Part shown: positions 12,997 through 26,150 of the stretch, one piece after another | Layout: every line of letters begins with the position of its first letter | How positions within the stretch are numbered: the stretch's first letter is position 1 | NCBI GenBank assembly: GCA_951406725.2 | Contig: OX597825.1 | Span: forward strand, 79,112,001-79,176,000 | Source of the DNA: Octopus vulgaris | Lineage: Eukaryota | Direction: 5' to 3' | Length of the DNA stretch: 64,000 nucleotides | The notes under the pieces: generated by a model | What the model was told of the DNA's origin: nothing | The model's database searches: none | What the model saw: the letters and a program-made list of their open reading frames with translations, nothing else | Translations under genes and position numbers: made by a program

Positions 12997-13215
12997 AAAA
13001 GCACCATCCGTCCGTGGCCGTTTGCCAGCCTCGTCTGGCACCTGTGCGGGTGGCACGTAAAAAGCACCCACTACACTCACGGAGTGGTTGGTGTTAGGAA
13101 GGGCATCCAGCCGTAGAAACACTGCCAGATCAGACTGGAGCCTGGTGCAGCCCCCTGGCTTCCCAGACCCCGGTTGCACCATCCAACCCGTGCTAGCATG
13201 GAAAGCGGACGCTAA

Positions 13216-13262
<47 letters not shown>
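12997..13262 (+). mobile_element. Family D SINE-like element with (GAT)n tail
   Basis: tggtgttaggaagggcatccagccgtagaaac...gcatggaaagcggacgctaaatgatgatgat. Confidence 0.85.
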
Positions 13263-13802
13263 ATATACAGTGGGGTGCAAAAGTAGGTATACTGTAAGTA
13301 TCACATCAATGTTATAATACTTGATTCATTAAATTAATTAGCCTCGTTTTTTTTATATTTTCAGTGTCATTAATCATAATAATACATTTATCATAACTAT
13401 AATAATACTTTTGTCGTAACTTAATTTTTTTGATTAAAATAAATGAATATTGTACATGTTTTCTTTTTCATGTTATCGTGGAAGACGGATGTTAAACGAT
13501 GATGATGTATGGATGGATGGATGATGGAATTAGAGGTGAGTTATCTCACCTGGTGCTTTTGGGGAGTATTCTCCACCAACCCAGTTTGCAGCCTACCAGC
13601 AAATACACCAGTTTTGTGCGTTAAGTATATGTGATAGATAACATTTATATATGCACACACACACACATATATATTTGATAGGTTTCTTTCAGTTTCCATG
13701 TCCCAAATCCATTCACAAAGACCAGAGTTATAGTAGAAGATAATTGCCCAAGGTACCATGCAATGGAACTGAACACGAAACCATGTGGTTGGGAAACTAA
13801 CT

Positions 13803-14885
13803 TCTTATTTCTTTATTGCCCACAAGGGACAAAACATAGAGGGAACAAATAAGGACAGGCAAAGGGACTAAGTCGATTACATCAACCACCAGTGTGTAAC
13901 TGGTACTTAATTTATCGATCCAGAAAGGATGAAAAGCAAAGTCGACCTCAGCAGAATTTGAACTCAGAACTTAACAGCAGACAAGATACTGCAAAGCATT
14001 TCGTCTGGTGTGCTAACATTTCTGCCAGCTCACCGAAGCTAACTTATTTCTTTATTGCCTACAAGGGGCTAAACATAGAGGGAACAAACAAGGATAGGCA
14101 AAGGGACTAAGTTGATTACATCGACCCCCTATGCGTAACTGGTACTTAATTTATCGACCCCGAAAGGTAAAGTCGATCTTGGCGGAATTTGAACTCAGAC
14201 CGTAACAACAGATGAATACCTATTTTTTTACTATCCACAAGGGGCTAAACACAAAGAGGACAAACAAGAACAGACAAACGGATTAAGTCGATTATATTGA
14301 CTCCAGTGCAGAACTGGTACTTATTTAATCAACCCCGAAAGGACAAAAGGCAAAGTTAACCACGGCGGAATTTGAATTCAGAAAGGCGGCGAACTGGCAT
14401 AAACGTTATCACGCCGGGCGAAATGCGCGGCCGTATTTCGTCTGCCGTTACATTCTGAGTTCAAATTCCATCAAGATCAACTTTGCCTTTCAACCTTTCG
14501 GGGTCGATAAATTAAGTACCAGTTATACACTGGGATCCATATAATCAACTTGATCCATTCGTCTGTCCTTGTTTGTCCTCTCTCTGTTTAGCCCCTTGTG
14601 GATAGTAAAGAAATGGGAATTTGAACTCAGAACGTAGCGGCAGACGAAATACCTATTTCTTTACTACCCAGAAGGGGCTAAACACAGAGGGGACAAACAA
14701 GGACAAACAAACAGATTAAGTCGATTATATCGACCCCAGTGCATAACTGGTACTTATTTAATCGACCCCGAAAGGATGAAAGGCAAAGTCGACCTCGGCA
14801 GAATTTGAACTCAGAATGTAACAGCAGACGAAATACCGCTAAGCGTTTCGCCCGGCATGCTAACGTTTCTGCCAACTCGCCAAAG
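13803..14885. mobile_element. Cluster of about six family C SINE units in both orientations
   Basis: Minus units at ~13805-14035, 14043-14218, 14219-14382 and 14653-14882, plus a minus stub at 14616-14652. One plus unit at 14385-14613. Confidence 0.9.
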
Positions 14886-15431
14886 CTCACTTCTTACCAC
14901 ACAACCACACCTGAAGTTTATGCAAGACATACCAGTAATATATTAAGAATCAGATGAACCATTTATGCCTCCTTCTCTCTCCCTCTCTGTTTGTCTGTTT
15001 GTCTGCCTCTCTCACTCTTTCTCTCTGTCAGTCCTTACAGAACGAATTGACCTTGTGCTCAATCAGAAGAAATCAATGATATTTTCCTATGAGGAAGTTA
15101 ACAGTTGAGACAGTAATGTCACTGTCTGGTGGGGAGTGGGCAGGGATGGAGGGGCATGTTTGACTTGACCCATTTGAAGTAAATATTGATTTCTTGCAGA
15201 TGTAAGGAGGGTGAGGTGAATGGGGGAGGGGGCGTGCAACAACTGAAACCAAATTGTTTGATGTTTAACTAAATTTATTTTATTTTATGCATAGAATTTA
15301 TACATACATACACACATGCATGCATACACACACACACACACACATATGCATGCGTTTTGTGTGTGCACGTGTATATATGTGTGCATATGTGTATGCATAT
15401 GTATATATATATATGTTTGTGTGTGTATGTG

Positions 15432-15491
<60 letters not shown>

Positions 15492-15559
15492 TGTATGTAT
15501 GTGTGTGTGTGATGCCAGCATGGAAAGCGGACGCTAAACGATGATGATGATGATGATGA

Positions 15560-15629
<70 letters not shown>

Positions 15630-15950
15630 TCCTGCTTTTTTCTCTGCAAGAGTAGGAAGGCTAAGTTTAGTTAAGGGGACGGAGATGATTACAACTTGGA
15701 ATAAAGGGTGAAAACCAGGTCAAAGTTTTGACTTGTCTGTTATATATCTTTTCTCTGCAACTCTATCCACTCCAGGCTAACGAAGGGACAGTCTCTACGT
15801 AGTCGTTTAACCATCTAGAAGTAGCAGCCAAATCTCCTTCAAATCACTGCTTACCATCTTAAAAATGTCCATATTAGATAATGTGGTCTTGGGTTCATTG
15901 TTCTTAGGAAAAATTCAGGATTGTCATGGTTGAAGTGCCTCTGATTACAC

Positions 15951-16990
15951 CACTGGTCAACAAGTATTTTTCATCAAGCAAATGTCAAGGTGTACTTAGT
16001 GTAGTTTTTAGCGGTGATTTCAAATATACAATTAGTTTTTTGACATCACGTGCAGTTTTCAAGATGAGAAAGTTTTTCAGTTTTAGCTCATGCATTATAT
16101 AGGAATTCCAATTAATGATGTGTATGCATGTATTTCATTTACATCATGGAAACATACCTTTAAAATAAACTACATTATTCATTGCTGCATAGTTCAGAAG
16201 CAATATTTCATCATCTTGAAATTAACCAACCAAATTTTGTCTTCACATAGGTGAAGTTGAAAGAGAGTATCTTTGTTGGACCCCAAATTAAAGAAGTACT
16301 CAAAGATGTCAACTTCAAGACAATGCTGAATGAACAGGAAAGCATTCCTGCCTGGAATGCTTTCAATTGGATCTGTGAGAATTTCTTGGGCAACAAGAAG
16401 GCAATGGACTACAAAGATGGCATCAAGAATCTTCCGAAATGTTACTCAGCAATGGGTTGTTGCATGTCATTGAAAGTTCACTTCTTGGACTCCCATCTGG
16501 ATTTCTTCGCAGATACCCTTGGAGCAGTGTCTGATGGCTATGGTGAAAGATTTCACCAGGACATTAGTGCTATGGAGAAACAGTACCAAGGCTTCTGGAA
16601 TAACAGTATGCTGGCTGACTATTACTTGACACTTTACCATGATCAACCAGATCAGGAACACTGCAAGAAATCCAAATCACAATGTTTCTAACTCTGTTGT
16701 TCTAACTTTGTCTGTTTTGTCTGACCCATTTTTTTTTTTGTGTATTCACTCTTTGTAGAATGAATATGATTTTTAGCTCAATAAATTCATTTATTTTCTA
16801 AAAATAATCTGTCCTTATTTATGACATTAATGATTTCATATATACAAATATGTAAATACCTGCAGGAATCTACTGAAAAACTGATACGTGCTGCATACAA
16901 ATGGATTGAAATTTTGAAATCAGCATGAAAAATTAGTCTTAAAAAGTTGGTTTGCATTCATAATGAATATAATACATTCAATTTTGTTGA
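15951..16990 (+). mobile_element. Chapaev3 (CMC superfamily) internally deleted DNA transposon with transposase C-terminus
   Basis: ORF 16251-16691 has KESIFVGPQIK...MSLKVHFLDSHLDFF...GAVSDGYGERFHQDISAMEKQYQG, typical Chapaev3 motifs. Left end is CACTGGTCAACAA; the right end has a partial inverse (TTGTTGAC) and inverted subterminal segments. Confidence 0.85.
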
Positions 16991-17684
16991 CTGCTTAATC
17001 AGTGCTGACCTGGACTAAACATTAACAACAATTACTAGACAATGTTTACGAGCCAAACTGGCATTCTGTACAACTTTATGTTCTGAGTTCAAATTCCACC
17101 AAGGTCAACTTTGCCTTTTATCTTTTCAGGTTGATAAAATAAGTACCAGTTGCCCTACCCCTGCTTACCTAGTGCCAAAATTTGAAACCAATATTTATGA
17201 GCTAAAGGAGAAGGTCTCTACATGATCACACAACTTTTTAGAAACAGCAGCTATATTTCCTCTGAACAACAGTTTTGGTAAATTCCCCATTGGATAATAT
17301 GGTTCTAGGTTACCTTGCATAAAAAGGCAAGATGGTCATAGCTGGAATATTTTTGATCCTAAGTCTGCTACATCAGCACTGATTTGGGGCTAAACATTTA
17401 TAAGAACATCAATAATGACACGATCCATATTTGAAGGGAAAAGAAAAAAAGGTTAATTTTCAGAAAAAGGGGTGGAAAAAATACAGAAATAGACTATTAA
17501 TATTTGCTAGAAATTATTAATGCATTTTATTGGGAATATTTGAAAGAAATTAAGGTGGCAATCTAGTAGAATTGTTAGCACATCAGGCAAGATGCTTAGC
17601 AGCATTTTGTGTGTCTCTACATCCTAAGTTCAAACTCCACCAAGGTTGACTATGCCTTTCATCCTTCCAAGATCTACACTCACA

Positions 17685-17870
17685 TGCTCTTTGCAACCCA
17701 AACAGAAAAAAATGATACATCACTATCCAAACATATGTGGCAATTAAAATTTTAAAAAAACAACGTTTAACGTGAAGTAGAAAATACTCTCTCACACACA
17801 ACCATACCAAGGTAATAACAAACCCTGCAAACCTTGTACAAAGGAATCCTACTATATTCTAACATTTATG
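17685..17870 (+). mobile_element. Penelope-like element GIY-YIG endonuclease C-terminal fragment
   Basis: Frameshifted translation NRKNDTSLSKHMWQLK...FNVK*KILSHTQPYQGNNKPCKPCTKESYYIL resembles the PLE pattern T.LSK..W.LK...W.IL....Y......C.LC..E...I. Confidence 0.7.
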
Positions 17871-18340
17871 AGCCAAATCCTAAAGCAAAACTTCTGTGTC
17901 TGTCCCTACATCCCCATAACTAAGCAGTTCAGCAAAAATGACCAATAGAAAAAGTACTAGGCTTACAAAGAATAAGTCCTGGGGTTGATTTCTTCAACTA
18001 AAATCCCTTAAGGTGGTGCTCCAGCATGATCACAGTCAAATGGCTGAAACAAGTAAAAGAATAAAAGTAGATATATATACATGTGTGTGTGTGTGTGTGT
18101 GTGCGTAGGTATGTGTGTGTGCGTGGGTATGTATGATAGGCTTCTTTCAGTGTCCATGAACCAAATCTACTCTCACAACGTTGGTTAGCCTAGGGCTATA
18201 ATAGAAGACACTTGCCCAAAGCATCATGCAGTGGAACTGAACCTGAAACTATGTGGTTGGGAAGCCAGTTTCTCAAGCACACAGACAAAATTGTGTCTCA
18301 TGTCTGAAATTAAGAACACAGACAGGAAAAGAAATGAAAA

Positions 18341-18762
18341 GGCGTAGGAGTGGCTGTGTGGTAAGTAGCTTGCTTACGAACCACATGGTTCCGGGTTCAA
18401 TTCCACTGTGTGGCACCTTGGGCAAGTGTCTTCTACTATAGCCTCGGGCCAACCAAAGCCTTGTGAGTGGATTTGGCAAACGGAAACTGAAAGAAGCCCG
18501 TCATATATCTGTATATATATATGTGTGTGTGTCTGTGTGTGTGTGTGTATGTATATGTTTGTGTGTCTATGTTTGTCCCCCCAACATCGCTTGACAACCG
18601 ATGCTGGTGTGTTTACGTCTCCGTAACTTAGCAGTTCAGCAAAAAGAGACCGATAGAATAAGTACTAGGCTTACAAAGAATAAGTCCTGGGGTCGATTTG
18701 CTCGACTAAAGGCGGTACTCCAGCATGGCCACAGTCAAATGACTGAAACAAGTAAAAGAGTA
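18341..18762 (+). mobile_element. Family A SINE, full length
   Basis: Runs from ggcgtaggagtggctgtgtggtaag to gaaacaagtaaaagag. Further fragments at 17890-18270 and 19500-19960. Confidence 0.9.
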
Positions 18763-19306
18763 GGAAATAGAAGACAGACACATTGGTCCCAGCTAGAATG
18801 TTCTTGGTAATAATAAGGAGCAATGACCAGAGACTAGGCGACAATAACAACAACAACATTTGCTAAATTTTTATTGCCAAATATTGAATATCTTTCCTCG
18901 TCTTTGTTTATATTGTCGTAGATTAAGTGTTCTTCAGATTCAAAAAATAAAACGAAAAATTCCCCATTTACTTTCCAGGGTGATTTTATGGTCAATTGTA
19001 TTTACATAAACTTAGACAATGCCAATTGTTGGATTAGGCCAAACATTGGAATATCTTCTCTATTATGTGAGGATGGAATAGCTTGGCTGGTCTTTTAAAA
19101 TAATAAACATGCTCCCTCCACCACCACCACGGGCATAAATTATTGAACAGCCCACACCAGGAAGAAAAAAAAAAGAAAAGAAAAGACAAAATTTGCGACT
19201 TTGACTTCGGTTTATGTTCAACTTTGCCAATCAAATAGGATGTGACCAGAATGAACCAAAATGCATCATCATCATCATCATCATCATCACCACCACCACC
19301 ACCATC

Positions 19307-19337
<31 letters not shown>

Positions 19338-19730
19338 CCATCACCACCACCATCATCATCATCACCATCACAACCACCATCATCATCATCATCATTACCA
19401 CCACCATCATCATCATTTAATGTCTGCTAGCCATGCTGGCGTGGGTTGGACAGTTTGACAGCTACACCAGGCTCCAATTGTTGTACGTGTGTTCGTGTGT
19501 GTGTGTCTGACTGTCTGTGTTTGTCCACCACCGCTGCTTGACAACTGGTGTTGGTGTGTTTATGTCCCTGTAACTTAGCAGTTCAGCAAAAAGATACCAA
19601 TAGAATAAGTACCAACTTAAAAAGGAGATAAGTTCTGGGGTCAATTAGACTAAAATTCCTCAAGGTGATGCTCCAGCATAGCCGCAACCTTATGACTGAA
19701 AAGTAATATATATATATATATATATATATA

Positions 19731-19764
<34 letters not shown>

Positions 19765-20235
19765 TGTATCTTTGTGTTTGTCCCTTGCCAGTGTTAGGTA
19801 ACCGGTGTTGGTTTGTTTATATCCTCGTAATTAGTGGTTCAGCTAACGACACCAACAGCATAAGTACCAGATTTAAGATAAGTCCTGGGGTCAATCTGTT
19901 TGAGTAAACCCTTCAAGGCAGTGCCCCAGTATGGCCACAGTCCAATGACTGAAACAAATCAATGATATAATAGCTTATGTAGGACTATACTACTCCACGT
20001 TTCCTTCTATTTTTAACAGAGCAAGTTGGAGTGATTTGAGGGAAATTTTTGCTTCTGTAAACCAGCAAGTGAGATGTCTCTGTACAAGCTAACTTATTCA
20101 AGCATGAATTTTGTAAGGTCAGTTAATCAAAGAAAACTTTTCATACCAAACCAGATTAATTCACAATACTTGCTGAAGAAAAATGTTTTTCTTGACAAAG
20201 GAATTTACTCAGAGCTGTGTTAAAACATAATAATC

Positions 20236-20648
20236 TTTTTTACTCTTTTACTTGTTTCAGTCATTTGATTGTGGCCATGCTGGAGCACCGGCTTTAGTCG
20301 AGCAAATCGACCCCAGGACTTATTCTTTGCAAGCCTAGTACTTATTCTATTGGTCGCTTTTGCTGAACCGCTAAGTTACAGAGACGTAAACACACCAGCA
20401 TTGGTTGTCAAGCGATGTTGGAGGGACAAACACAGACACACAAACATATACACACACAAACATATATACATGTATATACATATATACGACAGGCTTCTTT
20501 CAGTTTTCGTCTACCAAATCCACTCACAAGGCCTTGGTTGACCCGAGGCTATAGTAGAAGACACTTGCCCAAGGTGCCACGCAGTGGGACTGAACCCGGA
20601 ACCATGTGGTTTGTAAACAAGCTACTTACCACACAGCCACTCCTACGA
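20236..20648 (-). mobile_element. Family A SINE, full length
   Basis: Reverse-complement match to 18341-18762. Confidence 0.9.
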
Positions 20649-20719
20649 CTATGATATTGATAAAATATTCAGATATTGATAAAATATTTCACTGGAAATA
20701 ATTGGCTGGGTCAAAATAT

Positions 20720-21705
20720 ACATGTTTCTTCCAGTCATGAAACCCTCTTGCAAGAAATAGACTGAACCAAGCAATTATAAATAGCAGTGGTCAGAGAGAA
20801 GTTTGTGTGTCCTTTTGAGATGAGTTCACAGTGAAGGCAAAAGGTGTCGACTGATTGGTTCGTTTGGAATATTGATTGTTGGTTCGTGAAGAGATTGTTG
20901 GATTGTTACATGGTTATTACAGTTGCATTGTAATCTTGTTTATTGTGACAACACTGGTACAGTGTATCTAAACCATCTGTCGCAATATCGTGGTGGTACC
21001 ACAACATTGGAGATAAAGGATACAACATTCTGGCGATGAGGGTTTCGAAGCTCATGTAGAATATTTAACAATTTATTTGTGATTCAACTTGAGAAATGAT
21101 TGAAGACCTATTAGCTTCTATCATACAGTTGCAAAAGCAACCACAAGAGCAGCAACAGCAGGAGGTGCAATGGCCCAATGGTTAGGGCAGCAGACTCGCG
21201 GTCGGAGGATCGCAGTTTCGATTCCCAGACCGGGCGTTGTGTGTGTTTATTGAGAGAAAACGCCTAAAACTCCACGAGGCTCTGGCAGGGGGTGGGGCAA
21301 CTCCTGTTGTACACTTTCGCTCCAACTTTCTCTCACTCTTTCTTCCTGTTTCTTGGCCCCGACTTCCTACGCAACCACTGAGCCTGGATGCGCATTCATC
21401 CATCTGTCGATGCTCTCGGTGTCGGGGGTTGACCTGCTTTCTCTTCTGCAGGTCTTACGAATAGCAAAGGACTACAGTTCGGACCGCTCAACAGCAACAG
21501 CAACACAGCAGCAACAGCAACACAGCAGCAACAGCAACAACTACAACAACAACAATTATTGGAGCTGTATGCAAAGAAGTCTGAAAATGCAGTAAGTTCA
21601 TTTTCGCCAGATGGCGTATTAAACTCCATAACAGAATTCAGTTATAGCCCAGAGGTGGGTATAACTTTTGCAACATACTACAGAAGGTATGAGGAGATTT
21701 TAAGA
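20720..21705 (+). mobile_element. Ty3/Gypsy (Mag/K02A2.6-like) 5' LTR, PBS and gag start, truncated
   Basis: TATA-like tataaata near 20775. LTR-like end ...TACAACA at 21027, then PBS TGGCGATGAGG (21031-21041, close to the complement of the tRNA-Ser 3' end). ATG at 21096 gives MIEDLLASIIQLQKQPQEQQQ, resuming after a SINE as LLELYAKKSENAVSSFSPDGVLNSITEFSYSPEVGITFATYYRRYEEIF. LTR start approximate. Confidence 0.78.
21161..21488 (+). mobile_element. Family B SINE (tail type B3) inserted into the gag polyQ tract
   Basis: Family B head with a distinct 3' half; CAG/CAA repeats on both sides. Confidence 0.85.
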
Positions 21706-22275
21706 TTGCAAAACATCCAATGAAGCATACTGGCTTCATTTCTTTCAAGCCTACGCATGACCTCAGCTGTCATAGCACATGTTTCACTGTCATGCAGCAT
21801 AGCAGTTCGCACGCAGGCGTCAAACAATCTGCCATTCACTCTGAACGAGACATCCTTTGTTGCCAGCAGGGGTAGGAACATTACCCAACCTAATCTTATT
21901 CTCTGAACATTACCCAGCCTAATATTATTCTCTGAACGTTACTCAGCCTAATCTTATTCTCACAGCTATGCTCTCAGAGCATCTACCACCACAACTAACT
22001 TGATCACCAAGATAACAGAAGCTACCTACTACCTCTAACTTGCTCTCCTGGCAGTTGATAGAATCTATTTTCTGTCCATTTTCAGTGTTTATTGTACCTG
22101 TGCATCTTCCACATACAAAAGCTAGTTTCCCTGTTAACCTTCCTCTGATATTGCTGCACCTTTTATGTGTCCAGAGCTTACACTGGGTGCATCTTATGCA
22201 CTTTCTACCTACACCTTTTCTACAGATTGAGCAGGGCCATCTACCTGAAGGGATTTGTGGTTTGTCTGCCTAGGA
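21705..22275 (-). mobile_element. RTE-clade LINE fragment with a PHD-like Cys/His insert
   Basis: LPLLATKDVSFRVNGRLFDACVRTAMLHDSETCAM...RRLERNEASMLHWM is RTE post-RT sequence. PCSICRKGVGR..IRCTQCKLWTHKRCSNI...FVCGRC lies upstream. An internal ~29-bp unit is triplicated at 21877-21960. Confidence 0.85.
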
Positions 22276-22439
22276 AAAATAGAACTCAAGATATGAATAT
22301 ATGTATATTTTTATTAATATTTAGCAGAAGCAACAGAGTGACTCAAGATCTGAGAGTTACAGGTCTGCTAAATATTAATAAAAAAAAAAAATATATATAT
22401 ATATACATATATATATAAACCTTTCTTGCTTTCTCTCTC

Positions 22440-22578
22440 AGCTTATTTCTGTGTTCCTTTCTGTTGAAGAGCATAGGCTCAAAATGTAAAAACTTTCTCA
22501 CTTCCCGAGCATTAAACTAATACCTCTGTTTGTTGCTTACACACCCGTCTTCATCGTTTGCTTTGTTTTTTTTGTAAA
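22440..22578 (+). mobile_element. Penelope-like pseudo-LTR fragment with a decayed hammerhead-like motif
   Basis: ctttctgttgaagagcataggctcaaaatgtaaaa is a CpG-decayed version of the motif at 26022-26059. Confidence 0.7.
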
Positions 22579-22591
22579 TGCCAACTATACA

Positions 22592-22677
<86 letters not shown>

Positions 22678-22689
22678 TACATACAAACA

Positions 22690-22765
<76 letters not shown>

Positions 22766-22771
<6 letters not shown>

Positions 22772-22982
22772 GGTGCTGAAAGGTTTCTGGCTTTAAGGGT
22801 GTCGTAAAAGGCCTGGTTGGAGGCCCAATCTTCCGGGTTCTTTTACAGAACTTGGAAAAACCGAAGGACTACTGCAGTAAGTGTGTGAATCTGAGAGGGG
22901 AATATGTTGTATAAAATCAGAATTAATGGATCATCCTGTATTTTCTTTTACCCAAATCCAGGAACTTTTCAGTACCCCCTCG
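22766..22982. mobile_element. Mariner-derived MITE
   Basis: TIRs TGAGAGGGTGCTGAAAGGTTTCTGG and CCAGGAACTTTTCAGTACCCCCTCG with TA flanks. Internal CVNLRGEYV is a mariner C-terminal remnant. Confidence 0.85.
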
Positions 22983-23019
22983 TATACATCACCAGCTACA
23001 GGTCCACATCACCACTGCC

Positions 23020-23145
23020 ATTGCCCCCACCACCACTGCCACCACCGCTGCCACCACTGCTGCTGCACTCATCACTGCTACCAGTCCCGCCCCCCAACCA
23101 CTGTTATCACCTCTGCCCCTGTCACCACCATGACTACTACTACTA

Positions 23146-23195
<50 letters not shown>

Positions 23196-23267
23196 ACTAC
23201 TACTACTGCTGCTGCTAGTGCTGCCACTGCTGCTGCTGCTGCTACTACTACTACTACTACCACCACC

Positions 23268-23302
<35 letters not shown>

Positions 23303-23309
23303 CACTACC

Positions 23310-23341
<32 letters not shown>

Positions 23342-23449
23342 CACCACCACCACCACCACTACTACTGCTGCTGCTGCTACTGCCACCGCTACTGCAACTA
23401 CAACTACTGCTGCTGCTGCTGTTACTACTACTACTACTACTACTACTAC

Positions 23450-23486
<37 letters not shown>

Positions 23487-23500
23487 TATTATTATTATAC
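23020..23500. repeat. Compound trinucleotide microsatellite (CAC/TAC/TGC/AAT)
   Basis: Seen directly. Confidence 0.95.
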
Positions 23501-24219
23501 TACAGTTTGCGTTTACCATTAACATCATTATCATCAGGGTGTGACGAGTATTATTGCTTTGCGTGTGTGCCCGCACACGTGCATGTGTGTGTGTGCTCGC
23601 ATATGCGCATGTGCGTGTATGTGTGTGATAGAGGTTGTTTAGACCCAGAACAACCCTTATGAAGAAGGCTTACGATCTATGGCGTTCTAACCATGACCAC
23701 CCTGTCATTTCAGGAATACGAAAGAATATATTATCTACGGTGTCCTATCCTTATGTAAGATGCACGGATGCGAAATGTGAGGGAGATTTAGCTGCTATTT
23801 CTACTAGGTTGAGAGATATGGAGAAGCTTCAGCATTGACTCGGTGTCTGATGGTGAGCGTGAGTAAATGGGATGCCTGCGTGTGCGTTAGATATAATGTG
23901 TGTGTGTGTGTGTATGTATGTGTGTGTATGAGTGTGTGTGTATGTGTGTATGAAAGATAGTGGGTCTACCAGGGTATAAACAGTAACCCTGTTGTTCTGA
24001 TAACTGGGATGACTTCATTCTAATGATGCACCACTTTAAGCATGGATGGTGGTGGGTGGTTTTTGATGGTAACTGGGACAATATTTCACACACACACATA
24101 CACACTCACATAGCTGTGTGCATATGTGAGGTATATATATATATATTATATGTATATGTGCATGTGTGTATGTATATATATATATATATATATATACATT
24201 TATTTATTCCCTAATATTT

Positions 24220-24342
<123 letters not shown>

Positions 24343-24705
24343 CATACATGTATGTATGTATGTATGTATGTATGAGAAACCATGATGCCAAAGCTGACAT
24401 TGGGGCCTGACGCAGCTCTGCAGCTCATTGGACCCTGTCAAACTGTCAAACCTTTGTCCCTACATGGAAAAACAGACGTTAAATAGGGATGATGATGTTG
24501 ATGATGACAATGATGACGATGATGAGGATAATGATGTTGATGATGACGATGATGACGAAACATAATTAAGTACTCTTATTATGCCATCGTATCATGTAAC
24601 TACTCAGAACAATACTTAAAGTGTGAGATGTTTTCGGCACAGGCATTTTGGCGCTATCTATTTGGCATTCCTGATTCAATGCTGAATTTAATTGACATCA
24701 GATAT

Positions 24706-24763
<58 letters not shown>

Positions 24764-25014
24764 TTCTCTCTCTGAATTCATATGTCTGAATATATTTCTC
24801 TTTCTGTGCATGAGAAGAGAGAAGGTGTTTATGTCAGTTGTGTCCAATTAATAATATAAAAAAGTAAAAGATATGCAAGAAATATAAATATATATGTATA
24901 TAAAAGTAAAAAAATACATATATACACATATATAAAAAACGTACGATGTGTGAAAAAGAATTAAATAAGAATTAAATATAAATAATATATATAAATATAA
25001 AAAAATTTCTTGTT

Positions 25015-25585
25015 AAGGTTAAATTACTTGAGGTTGTTGATTCATTCATCTGCCTTGGAAGCTCCGTACCAAATGGTGGAAATCTTGATACAGAAATACA
25101 TCTGTGAATTCAAAGGGCAGCAAAAGCATTTGGTGGCTTGAAGTCACGTGTTTGGTGCCATCAACATATAAATAAGAATACAAAGCTGGCTCTTCACAAA
25201 TCGTTTGTCTTACCATCCCTGTTGTGTTCTTGTGAAACATGGACTTGTTATGAAAGGCATTTTAAATAGTTAGAACAATTCCACCAAAAATGTCTTCATT
25301 GCATTTAAAAAATTAAATGGAATTCTTTTACTCCAAACACTGATGTCCTTGCATCTGCAGGCATCACCTCAATTAAAGCTGGGATTTTGAGGACCCAAAT
25401 GAGGTGGTGTGGCCATGTTCGAATGGCAGATGAACGCATGCTGAAACAGCTGTTTTATGGTGAGCTTGCAGAGGGGAAACACTGTTGGTGTAAACCTAAA
25501 AAAAAGGTTTAAGGATGGCATAGGGACTACAATGAAGTCACTTGGAATGGATCCAAAAGACATATAAACCCTTGCTTTGGATGGA
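25015..25585 (+). mobile_element. RTE (BovB-like) LINE 3' fragment
   Basis: LEVVDSFICLGS...DTEIHL*IQRAAKAFGGLKSRVW...TKLALHKSFVLPSLLCSCETW...PNTDVL...QMRWCGHV.RMADERMLKQLFYGEL, with stop codons. Confidence 0.92.
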
Positions 25586-25591
25586 TATATG

Positions 25592-25625
<34 letters not shown>

Positions 25626-25785
25626 ATAACAAAGTCACTTTGATCTGTGTAGGAAAGGTGCAGCCAGAGGGTAGGTGTCCTTAGAGGTAAAAAAGTCCAA
25701 TGGAGAGGTAGTGTCCGTCAAGGAAAGGTAAGAGTTGGTAGTGGTAGAATATAGGATCAAAGTGAGACCACGTGAGCGCGTGATA

Positions 25786-26150
25786 TATTAAGGGAAAGTT
25801 TACGAAAATAAACAAAAGACGAAGGCAGGTGGAGTACAAACAAACAAATGTATGAGTATAGCGCTCAGAAATAGAAAAAGTCTTTTACGTTTCGAGCCTA
25901 CGCTCTTCAACAGAAAGATACACAGAAAAAAAACAAGGAGAGAAAAAATGCGTGTAGGAGCTCATGATCGATCATGAGCTCCTACACGCATTTTTTTCTC
26001 TCCTTGTTTTTTTTCTGTGTATCTTTCTGTTGAAGAGCGTAGGCTCGAAACGTAAAAGACTTTTTCTATTTCTGAGCGCTATACTCATACATTTGTTTGT
26101 TTGTACTCCACCTGCCTTCGTCTTTTGTTTATTTTCGTAAACTTTCCCTT

